DNA of 64,000 nucleotides, from positions 224,001-288,000 of the forward strand of contig JBFWWG010000003.1 of the NCBI GenBank assembly GCA_050246315.1. Direction: 5' to 3'. Below the pieces are notes generated by a model that did no database searches, was not told the DNA's origin, and was given only the letters and a program-made list of their open reading frames with translations. Made by a program: the position numbers and the translations under genes. Of this stretch, positions 19,127 through 27,084 are shown in pieces (position 1 is the stretch's first letter; every line of letters starts with the position of its first letter). The DNA comes from Nitrospiraceae bacterium. Its GTDB lineage: Bacteria > Nitrospirota > Nitrospiria > Nitrospirales > Nitrospiraceae.

Positions 19127-19524
19127 AGGTGATGCTGGACACCAACATCTGCATCTATCTCATCAAGAAGCAACCTCCTTCCGTGCTGGAACGTTTCACG
19201 GACCATCCGGTCGGCGACATCGGCATCTCGGTCATCACATTGGCAGAACTCGAATACGGTGCGAGCAAGAGCCGGCATCCGCTGCGAAATCGGCTGGCCC
19301 TTTACCAATTCATTACGCCACTGGAAGTGGCTGACCTCGATCGGAATGCAGCGACCACCTATGGAAGACTCCGTGCTTCTCTAGAGACCAAGGGCACAGT
19401 CGTCGGAGCAATGGACCTCTTGATCGCTGCCCACGCGATCTGCCTGGGAGTCAAGCTGGTGACCAACAATGTACGGGAGTTTCAGCGAATCCCTGGATTG
19501 CGAGTGGACAATTGGGTGTCGTGA
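19123..19524 (+). CDS. vapC: VapC PIN-domain toxin
   Basis: MLDTNICI, ISVITLAEL, GAMDLLIAAHA, LVTNNVREF. Confidence 0.93.
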   Translation: MKVMLDTNICIYLIKKQPPSVLERFTDHPVGDIGISVITLAELEYGASKSRHPLRNRLALYQFITPLEVADLDRNAATTYGRLRASLETKGTVVGAMDLLIAAHAICLGVKLVTNNVREFQRIPGLRVDNWVS

Positions 19525-19557
19525 CCGACAACAGAGGCTGAAACGGTGCTCATCACT

Positions 19558-20254
19558 ATGAAGATCCAATCAGTGACCTATAACAACCGCAAAACGGCGT
19601 TTCAGGTGAGAGGGTCCAAGAAGTCAATGCTGCTTCCCTATTCGAAGGTCGATCCTCAACCCAGTGCCGACGATCCCATTGCCAAGCTCTACGTGGACAG
19701 GGAGCTTGGGCGGGAAGGGTTCACCTATGTGTTGGCCTCGGGCAAAGAAGGGACCGTCCATAGTGAGCAGGTCCTGGAGTACAACCAGGATCCGAACTAT
19801 CTAGCCCGCATTATTCATGACGATGCGTCACGAAATGGCGGAGTCGCATGGCGAGACGGGCGTGCGGAGCCGCAAGGAAGGGAGGCAGACTTGAAACAGT
19901 CTGTTGACCGACCGAGCGGCGAGTCCGCCAGCCTGCACACCATGGACCCCGTGCGCAGGCTTGTCGCAGCGGCGAATCCGTCATTGCAGTAGAAACGTTC
20001 ATGAATATTGCGGACCAGGAGATGCCTTGTTGCATAAGTTGACGGACGAGGCGCAACGACGAACGAAGGTCAGTCCTTTATCAAAGCGTGAGATGATCCG
20101 CAGGCTCGGGACCTCCGCCACGCAACTCTATCGCTTGCTCGACCAGACCAACTACCGCAAGTCGATCGACCAACTCTTGGCCCTGCTGCACATATTGGAT
20201 TGCGATGTCGATGTACTCGTGCGAACAAAACGCTCGCCGAGCAAGGCCGTCTAA
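19558..20254 (+). pseudogene. HTH-containing (antitoxin-like) gene interrupted by a MITE
   Basis: Removing 19805-20018 fuses ...YNQDPNYL to GDALLHKLTDEAQ...LSKREMIRRLGTSATQLYRLLD... in frame, giving one 160-aa ORF with a C-terminal HTH. Confidence 0.75.
19805..20014 (+). mobile_element. MITE-like element, copy 2 (210 bp)
   Basis: TIRs CCCGCATTATTCATGA / TCATGAATATTGCGGA, flanks CTAG/CCAG. Inserted in a coding sequence. Confidence 0.75.
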
Positions 20255-20464
20255 TCTCCGAAGGCACGGGCAGTGAGAGAGCACGACGATTTCTCAAGAT
20301 TGAAGGGACGTAGGAATCCCTATATCCTGTCGTTGAAGCAGCCGATTACGATGGGACTGGGCGACTGTCGAAAACAGGCATCCGTGAAGAGGACAAGGAA
20401 GACATCTGGTCGGGCTCCGTTCGTGAGCGCTAAGTAGATGGCTTCATAAGTCAATTCTCATGCC

Positions 20465-20514
20465 TGACCCTCTACTCTGCTCCTCTACTCTGCTCATGAC
20501 CCTCTACTCTGCTC
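20465..20514. repeat. Three copies of the 13-mer CTCTACTCTGCTC
   Basis: At 20470-20482, 20483-20495 and 20502-20514; copies 1 and 3 are preceded by TGACC. Confidence 0.8.
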
Positions 20515-20823
20515 CGAGCAAGGCCGCGTGATATCTGTAGGCGGATGAAGCGGAAGGGGACATCAGGAGAGGAGGCGGATCAACTGGGGAGCGACGCGGG
20601 AGCTGATACTCGGCGAGGAATGGCGCTCTGTGGACTATCGAGGAAACTCGCGATCGGGGCCGTCGGCTTTCGCCAATCGGCCCCGATCGCGCCACCCCAG
20701 GCCCTCTCTTCGGCGTTCCCGCGTCGGCGAGAGGCCGGGAAGCAGGCTCATGGACACCCGCTGCCTCACCCGGCCTGTCCGTGAACAGACCGGCTCCGGG
20801 CCGGCCAGAGCCGTGCGGGCGGA

Positions 20824-20944
20824 CTGGACAAGACGGAATCCCAGGTTGTTGTTCCGGTTGTCGGCATTGTTCCTGTTCCGGTTCGACGCACGGAGGTTCT
20901 CCGGTTTGTTGTTCCAGGACCCGCCGCGGATCACACGCTGGCCG
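20824..20944 (-). ncRNA. DGR template repeat (TR)
   Basis: 121-bp ungapped match to 22498-22618 with 17 mismatches, all at TR adenines (minus strand). Contains 10 AAC codons. Confidence 0.95.
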
Positions 20945-22013
20945 TCTTGTGGCCCGCTCCCCTTGTGAACACGGCCTGGGAGAAGATCGCTCTGCGTAGA
21001 CCCTCCGTGTCGGCATGTTTCGCATGGCCGATCCAGCTCTGAATGGAGGCCACCATCATGGTCCATTCCAGGCGCCCGGTTCGATAGATCTGCGCCATCC
21101 GGCGGAATCGCCGTGCGAACCGATGACCGTTATCGTTCCGGAGCCGACGGTGCTCTGGATAGACGATGTACCCCAGGATATTGAGCCCGTCAACCGTGCG
21201 CGTCACGTGGGCCTTGTTGGGATGGGGTTGGAGCCGGTCGGTGGCAAGCCGCTCACGGACGGCTGCGCGAATGTCGGTCAGTCTGGCTTTATCGTCCCCC
21301 AGCACGACCAAATCATCCACGTAGCGCAGGTAGGGCCGGACGCGCAACCCCTGCTTGATGTAGTGATCCAGGTCGTCCAGGTAGAGATTGGCAAAAAATT
21401 GGCTCGTCAGGTTGCCGATGGGGATGCCCACCCGTCGTTCCCACGGCGTAAAGAGATTATCGCCGGCAAAATAGCATGGCTCGGTCCCCTGTCTTGGAGA
21501 CCCATCGATAATACGATCCAACAGGGCCAGGACGCACCTATCCTTGATACGCCGGCGAAGCTTCGCCTTGAGCAGCTCGTGATCGATGGAGGGGAAGTAC
21601 TGCCGGACGTCCATCTTCAAGACGTACCGATAGGTCTGCGCCCAGGCTTGATAGCGGTCCACCGCCGCATGGACGCCCTTGCCGTGACGGCAGGCATAGG
21701 AGTCGGCAATGAAGGTCCGGTCGAGCGGTGGCTCGATCACGTTCATGACCGCATGGTGCACGACCCGGTCGCGAAACGGTGCGGCGGCAATCACACGCGG
21801 CTTGCGTTCATAAATTGTGAACAGACGGTAGTCATCCGGCCGATAGGTCCCCTCCTGAAGCTCGCGCTGGAGCGACAGTACCTCCCCTTCAAGAGCAAGA
21901 CCAAAATCCGCGACGCCCTGACGACTCCGCTTGCCCCGCCGCGCCTTCCGATAGGCGGCGAGCAAATTCTCAAAACTGACCAGCCGCGGCCACAGTTCCC
22001 CGAGTCGTGTCAT
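20931..22013 (-). CDS. DGR reverse transcriptase
   Basis: APFRDRVVHHA, LKMDVRQYFPSIDH, GIPIGNLTSQFFAN (DGR-type), YLRYVDD. 360 aa with no maturase or endonuclease extension. Confidence 0.95.
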   Translation of the reverse strand: MTRLGELWPRLVSFENLLAAYRKARRGKRSRQGVADFGLALEGEVLSLQRELQEGTYRPDDYRLFTIYERKPRVIAAAPFRDRVVHHAVMNVIEPPLDRTFIADSYACRHGKGVHAAVDRYQAWAQTYRYVLKMDVRQYFPSIDHELLKAKLRRRIKDRCVLALLDRIIDGSPRQGTEPCYFAGDNLFTPWERRVGIPIGNLTSQFFANLYLDDLDHYIKQGLRVRPYLRYVDDLVVLGDDKARLTDIRAAVRERLATDRLQPHPNKAHVTRTVDGLNILGYIVYPEHRRLRNDNGHRFARRFRRMAQIYRTGRLEWTMMVASIQSWIGHAKHADTEGLRRAIFSQAVFTRGAGHKTASV

Positions 22014-22366
22014 ATGTTTTCTTGAGACGCAGCTCGACTACGGACCCAGCCGCCGATCTGCCGCCCGAGGTCATCAAGGAGTCTCGCTCCATGCTCGTAC
22101 TGCCGGATCGCCATAACTCCTAGTTCGTGGGCCAGCCGCCAGAGGTGGCGCACGACCTCCAGACGCAGATTCGCGCGATGCAACGGCACGTCCTTGTTCC
22201 GCGCATAGGCTGCCTCCACCAACAGCTCCAGCACCTCAAGCAATCCGGCTTCCAACCGCTCGCCCAATGTGAACCGCCGGGCACGGGGGAATTTATCGAG
22301 TTGCGGGATCAGCCACAGAAGCAAGTCATGACAGGATTGGACAGCTTGGGGGAGGCTGGTCGTCAT
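22010..22366 (-). CDS. avd: DGR accessory variability determinant (four-helix bundle)
   Basis: 118 aa, DKFPRARRFTLGERL...IGGW; ATGA overlap with the RT. Confidence 0.9.
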   Translation of the reverse strand: MTTSLPQAVQSCHDLLLWLIPQLDKFPRARRFTLGERLEAGLLEVLELLVEAAYARNKDVPLHRANLRLEVVRHLWRLAHELGVMAIRQYEHGARLLDDLGRQIGGWVRSRAASQENI

Positions 22367-22401
22367 GTGCCGTCAACCTGAGCCGTTTAGGATTTCTCTG
22401 A

Positions 22402-22438
22402 CCGGCCCTCGCCCGATGTCGAATCGGGCGAGGGCCGG
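22402..22438. other. Perfect 16-bp stem, 5-nt loop hairpin downstream of the DGR target
   Basis: CCGGCCCTCGCCCGAT-GTCGA-ATCGGGCGAGGGCCGG, about 45 bp after the target stop codon. Confidence 0.8.
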
Positions 22439-22482
22439 CCTCTTTCGGAAGTGTAAAGGGTAAAAGGACAAAGGATAAAGGG

Positions 22483-24402
22483 TTATTCGGTCATGTCCTG
22501 GACAAGACGGAATCCCAGGTTGCCGTCCCGGAAGTCGGCATTGACCCCGTTCCGGTTCGACGCACGGAGGAGCTCCGGCCTGTCGACCCAGGACCCGCCG
22601 CGGAGCACACGCCGGCCGCAATCGCCTTTGCCCCCCTCGAGCCAAGCAGAGCCATCAGTCGGCGCCCCTTGATAATCATCGTGCCAGCAATCCTCCACCC
22701 ATTCCCACACATTCCCGCTCATATCATGCAGCTCAAAACTGTTTTTTGTCTTCTGCCCAACAGGGTCGGTGCGATCGGTGCCGTAGACTGCGTAATCCTT
22801 CAATTCTTGCGGTGACGAGGCTCCAGCCCACTTGTTGTTCTTCTCTCTGCCTCGCGCCGCATACTCCCACTCGGATTCGGTCGGAAGTCGATAGGCGTTC
22901 CCTGTTGCCCTGGACAGCCACTTGGCATAGTCTTTCGCCTCACCCCACGAGACATAGATCACGGGCCGTCTGTCACGACCCCAGCCTGCATCCCCTGGTC
23001 GCTGCCCACCTGCCAATTCCAGATACCGGTCATACTCTTCAAAGGTCACTTCGTATCTGCCCATCTTAAACCCATTGATCCGGACTTGGTGTTTCTCATC
23101 GTCACCCTGTTCATAGGTGCCTTCAGGAATCTCCACCATGGCTGGCTTAGCGACCTGCACAACACCAGAGCGAACCAGGAGACTGGATCCGACATATCGA
23201 ATCTCTTTCCACAGAAAAGCGACTGGCAAGCCAACCAGCGCCAGGATGAGGCCGGCACTTAAAAGCTGTACCGTGTGCTTCGCTCGGCGTTCATTCCAAC
23301 CCTGAATCCAATGCGCCACCTGCCCGACGAGATAATCATGCTTGAATTCGTACCAGTCTGTTCCTTGACGCTCTTCGTGGCGAAGGACTCCATTACCGGC
23401 AAGACTTGTGAGGATAGTCCGTATCCGCTGGTCGTTGGAGACGCGTAAGGTATCCCTTAGGTCTTCGATGGGTCGATAGCGTTTCGTATTATCGGGCGTC
23501 TTCAGTGCGTTAAGAATGCGGACCATTAACGGTTTCTGCGTCCGAGGCATCGAGTTCAATGGCTCGAACACGCTCTTCTCGAGTATGTCTTTGGCTTTCC
23601 CACATGCCTCATAGTCCGCAGGCGTGATTGCGCCTCCTCCTTGCGGCTGTCTTCTCTGAAACTCTCTCCACAGAGTCCAGCAGACAATTTGGAGTTTGAT
23701 CGGCGCAACTCTGCCTGATCCATCCTTCAGGTCTTCGATAAGCCGATCCACAAGGTCCGATTCATAGTCATACCCGACGACTCTCACAGGCATCTCAATC
23801 GCGCGACGCGCCTCTTGCGTTGCTAACGAGGTCAGCCGGACATTCGCATTGTTTTGAAAGATCGACGGGATGACCTCCCTGAACTCGTGCAGGTCGGCGA
23901 AGTAATCCTCACGGAGAGACAGCACGAGGAACACAGGAAGCTGCTCGTCGTATCGGACGAGCGCGACCTGACGAATAAACTCTTCCCTTAACTTTGGACT
24001 CTCACGGAAGACGATGAAAAATTCTTCAAACTGGTCGACAAAGACGACGAGTCGAATTTTCCTATCTTCGACGATTTTCGTGAGAAACCCATGGAGTTCC
24101 TTAGGCTGTCCGTCGACATTGAGTTCCTTCGACACGGCATCTTGGATCGAGGTGACGGGATTGCTTTCCAGTCTGGTATGGATGGTCTTATAGCCGAGCT
24201 TTTCGAGTTCCGGCCTGACCCCTGCGTTGATCAAGGACGTCTTGCCTGAGCCGGAAGGAGAAAATAAGACGAGCAGCCGTGAGGAAAGCACCTCGCCAAC
24301 CATTTTTTGAACTTCCTGCTCCCGTCCAAAAAACAAGTCCGCATCCTCAAGGCGGTAGTAATCCAGATATCGATAGGGAGACCTGACGGGTGTATCGTTC
24401 AC
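22483..24402 (-). CDS. DGR target: nSTAND1-like NTPase + TM helix + FGE-sulfatase (C-type lectin fold) domain
   Basis: SPYRYLDYY..LFFGRE, Walker A SPSGSGKTS, Walker B VFVDQFEEFF, LSLREDY, YEFKHDYL; TM LLSAGLILALVGLPVAFLW; RLPTESEWEYAARG, DMSGNVWEW, RGGSW, LGFRLV. VR at the C-terminus. Confidence 0.9.
   Translation of the reverse strand: MNDTPVRSPYRYLDYYRLEDADLFFGREQEVQKMVGEVLSSRLLVLFSPSGSGKTSLINAGVRPELEKLGYKTIHTRLESNPVTSIQDAVSKELNVDGQPKELHGFLTKIVEDRKIRLVVFVDQFEEFFIVFRESPKLREEFIRQVALVRYDEQLPVFLVLSLREDYFADLHEFREVIPSIFQNNANVRLTSLATQEARRAIEMPVRVVGYDYESDLVDRLIEDLKDGSGRVAPIKLQIVCWTLWREFQRRQPQGGGAITPADYEACGKAKDILEKSVFEPLNSMPRTQKPLMVRILNALKTPDNTKRYRPIEDLRDTLRVSNDQRIRTILTSLAGNGVLRHEERQGTDWYEFKHDYLVGQVAHWIQGWNERRAKHTVQLLSAGLILALVGLPVAFLWKEIRYVGSSLLVRSGVVQVAKPAMVEIPEGTYEQGDDEKHQVRINGFKMGRYEVTFEEYDRYLELAGGQRPGDAGWGRDRRPVIYVSWGEAKDYAKWLSRATGNAYRLPTESEWEYAARGREKNNKWAGASSPQELKDYAVYGTDRTDPVGQKTKNSFELHDMSGNVWEWVEDCWHDDYQGAPTDGSAWLEGGKGDCGRRVLRGGSWVDRPELLRASNRNGVNADFRDGNLGFRLVQDMTE
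22498..22618 (-). repeat. DGR variable repeat (VR)
   Basis: Encodes GRRVLRGGSWVDRPELLRASNRNGVNADFRDGNLGFRLVQ versus TR GQRVIRGGSWNNKPENLRASNRNRNNADNRNNNLGFRLVQ. The last 25 nt are identical to TR. Confidence 0.95.
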
Positions 24403-25286
24403 GGGGTCCTACGAATTCCGAGTTGGGGAACGTCGAGGGTAAACTTCACGGCAACTTTTCTGGCAAATTCGGTTAGGTCTTCGTCGAAGATCTGTATATT
24501 TCGTCGCAACCAGTATGATCGAATGAAATGCGACGGGCTCTTCATGAGGGCATAGGCCGTGATGGCTCTTGATCTCGCGGTTTGCGTGGAGAGCACCCCC
24601 TCCCAGATCACGCGAAAGTTCCAATCTTCGAGACTGTATCCCAGGAACAAGAGACTGCATTGTGGGATTACTTGCTTGCGGAAATATTCAGGCATTCCCT
24701 TATCGATGTCGGTCAGATTTGCCAAGTATTGAATGTAGTCCGATTGGGTAATGACAAGACTTTCGGGATCTTCGATCGTGCCATGCATCTTATGCATAAC
24801 GAGTTCTCGGTCGCGAAACTGGAATGGCCCCCTAAAATGACCGGTCCTTGGATCCAGCGGCTTATGGACATGCTTGGTCAGAATCCGACCTTGTGACGTA
24901 AGTGCAGTCTCCAAAAGCGTGTCGTAATTTGATGTCAGAATGATCTTGATGTGGTTCAGTTGGGAGAGCACAGTGTGGATGGGCCGTGGCTGACAAGGTA
25001 CCTGAAGCTGCTGCTGCAAAGCGCTTTCCAGCGGCTGTCTGTTGCCTCCATGGAAATAGACATGGTGCTCAGCGACTTTGGCAAGATCATAGGCCCCGTT
25101 TGCATATTGGCACTGTGCAGCTAAGACCTTTGCCAGCTCACCTCCGGTAGGAAGACCAGGATTCTGCGCTCCGTCTGTCCCAGGGTAAGCCGTGCAGGCG
25201 CCCGCACCCAGGAATACCACGCATTGTTGAGATTCAAGGGCGGTGAAGATGATGCTGAGATCCTGGTCAGCCAGCCCATTCATCAC
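24399..25286 (-). CDS. SIR2-family (SIR2_2-like) protein
   Basis: VFLGAGA, ILTSNYD, KMHGT, LLFLGYSLEDWN. Its stop overlaps the GTG start of the DGR target (GTGA). Confidence 0.88.
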   Translation of the reverse strand: MMNGLADQDLSIIFTALESQQCVVFLGAGACTAYPGTDGAQNPGLPTGGELAKVLAAQCQYANGAYDLAKVAEHHVYFHGGNRQPLESALQQQLQVPCQPRPIHTVLSQLNHIKIILTSNYDTLLETALTSQGRILTKHVHKPLDPRTGHFRGPFQFRDRELVMHKMHGTIEDPESLVITQSDYIQYLANLTDIDKGMPEYFRKQVIPQCSLLFLGYSLEDWNFRVIWEGVLSTQTARSRAITAYALMKSPSHFIRSYWLRRNIQIFDEDLTEFARKVAVKFTLDVPQLGIRRTP

Positions 25287-25827
25287 GGGACTCGCAACGG
25301 CTCTCGTTCGGTGAATCTGCTTTGGTTTTCATTGGGGGCATTGGAGATAGCTGTAGATGAGGCTGGACGAGTCGCTGGAGCAACTGAACGGCTGTCCCCA
25401 CACCAGCACCTCACAGATATGAGGTACGATCATTTCATACCACTGTGGCCAGCGCGTAGGCAGGTCAACGAATTATCTGCATCTGCCGATTGGGAGTCAA
25501 GCCAGCCGACTCATGGTTTCGACGAAATACATGTATTTCCGAAAGGTGACACGGTCGATCGGACGGGTCGTGCGGTCCAATGCCATTCTTAGTAGAATTT
25601 GCGAAGCGGTTTCCACCGTGAGCCCTGTCCAATTCTCCTCCTCACGAGGGTTCTCGGACGTGGGAGTAAACAGGGTAGTAAGAATGGGATATTCTGATTT
25701 TCTGACCGTGACCATTCGCTGTTCGTCTCCGGCAAACTAGAATGTCCTCAAGTTAGCCGGCTGGAACGGATGCGCGGTGAGGTTGGAGCGACGGCAGGAC
25801 CTGCCGTGATAGAGACGGGCGGTCACT

Positions 25828-25914
25828 GTTCGCGGCATCATGGCGCGACCGAACCCGTGCACCATTCGTCAGCCGACCACCTTTAGTCTTCCAGCGTCGA
25901 AATATCCCCCGCGT
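25828..25914. repeat. Diverged direct repeat of the acs 3' end and downstream DNA (copy A)
   Basis: 77/87 identity with 27085-27171. A further 24/25 match joins 25758-25782 to 26934-26958. Confidence 0.85.
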
Positions 25915-26028
25915 ACGGGCCTTGGCCTCAGCAGGTGATTCAGCAAGTGCCCGTGACTCCACCGGCGGCTTCACGATAGTTGCATTTTTGCAATTGTTGT
26001 CGGATAGTGAATGTTAGGAGAACGGAGT

Positions 26029-26235
26029 ATGAAATTCACGGTCACCATTACGCGAGACGAAGACGGGATGTTCATTTCCGAATGCCCGGCTATTCCAGGC
26101 TGCGTCAGTCAAGGCAAGACGGAAGAGGAAGCGCAGTCGAACATTCAGGACGCCATCAAACAATGTTTGGAAGTCCGTGCTGAGATGGGCATGCCGCTCA
26201 CCATCACCACACGCCAAGTCGAAGTTCCGGTGTAA
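26029..26235 (+). CDS. hicB: HicB-family antitoxin (short form)
   Basis: MKFTVTITRDEDGMFISECPAIPGCVSQGKTEEEA. Confidence 0.88.
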   Translation: MKFTVTITRDEDGMFISECPAIPGCVSQGKTEEEAQSNIQDAIKQCLEVRAEMGMPLTITTRQVEVPV

Positions 26236-26465
26236 TGCCGCCTCCTCCTGTTCTTTCTCCCGCAGCAGTCATCAAGACCTTCGAGCGACTCGGTTGGCGA
26301 GTGGTTCGACAGAAAGGCAGTCATATCATCATGACAAAATCCGGCCACATTGCCACCCTGTCGATTCCTAATCATTCAGAAGTTGCGCGAGGCACGCTTC
26401 GCACCCTGATCTCCAGAGCAGGGTTGACGGTGGAACAGTTTATCGAAGTCCTACAGAGGGACTGA
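26235..26465 (+). CDS. hicA: HicA-family toxin
   Basis: GWRVVRQKGSHIIM...LSIPNH.EVARGTLRTLI; TAATG overlap with hicB. Confidence 0.9.
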   Translation: MPPPPVLSPAAVIKTFERLGWRVVRQKGSHIIMTKSGHIATLSIPNHSEVARGTLRTLISRAGLTVEQFIEVLQRD

Positions 26466-26551
26466 GCGGTAAGCCCGCCGGCTGAATGGGTCATAGGAAG
26501 GGTGGCCAAATCGGAGGCAGACATATGGCTAACCGAATTCGGAAGCTCCAA

Positions 26552-26800
26552 ATGAAGGAAGTTCCGCTTTCTGAGGTGAAGGATGATCTGTCGCACCTGC
26601 TTCGCGAGGCAGAGAAGCAGGAGATCGTGATTACCCGGTATGGCAAACCTGCCGGGGTCCTGATCGGATTCAAGTCCGAAGACGACTGGTTCGATTATCC
26701 ACTTGAGAACGACCCACGGTTCCTTCGGCGTATCGAGGCCGCGCGGGAAAGTTTGCGCACAGGCCGCGGCGTCAAGCTCGAAGATGTAAAGGGACGGTGA
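26552..26800 (+). CDS. Phd/YefM-family antitoxin with no intact partner toxin
   Basis: MKEVPLSEVKDDLSHLLREAEKQEIVITRYGKPAGVLIG. Confidence 0.85.
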   Translation: MKEVPLSEVKDDLSHLLREAEKQEIVITRYGKPAGVLIGFKSEDDWFDYPLENDPRFLRRIEAARESLRTGRGVKLEDVKGR

Positions 26801-27084
26801 GCGGGTGGGGGAATCTCGATTGCGCCCATCGAACGAGCACTGCCCGACACTGACAATTCAAATTGATCCCGCCGGCGCGTTCTGGGAACAAAGAATAGGC
26901 ACACTTCCTCGTCCAAGCTTGCTGATGTTTTCTCGGCTGGAACGGATGCGCGGGGAGGGCGGCGCCATGGCAGAGGGTGCCGCTCGGCCAGCCTCAGCAA
27001 TCCCGAGCGCGACGACATGCGACGCCGCGTCGCAGTTTTATAGGAGCACTCGGCTAGACAGAAAAACACGCAAGAGCCGTCCAG

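Noticed and set aside
19546..20254. Two separate genes (148 aa and 116 aa) as listed in the ORF track
   Set aside because: Better explained as one gene split by a MITE; the extra residues come from the insertion.
20635..21066. 143-aa minus-strand ORF containing RGGSWNNKPENLRASNRNRNN, resembling an FGE-domain fragment
   Set aside because: It is the TR read in the VR frame. It overlaps the RT gene and TRs are non-coding templates.
20931..22013. Group II intron, retron or CRISPR-associated RT
   Set aside because: There is no maturase/endonuclease domain or cas gene, while avd and an A-specific TR/VR pair identify a DGR.
25287..25757. Additional gene upstream of SIR2
   Set aside because: Only short ORFs of 72-122 aa without recognisable motifs. 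Possibly a decayed gene, but not supportable.
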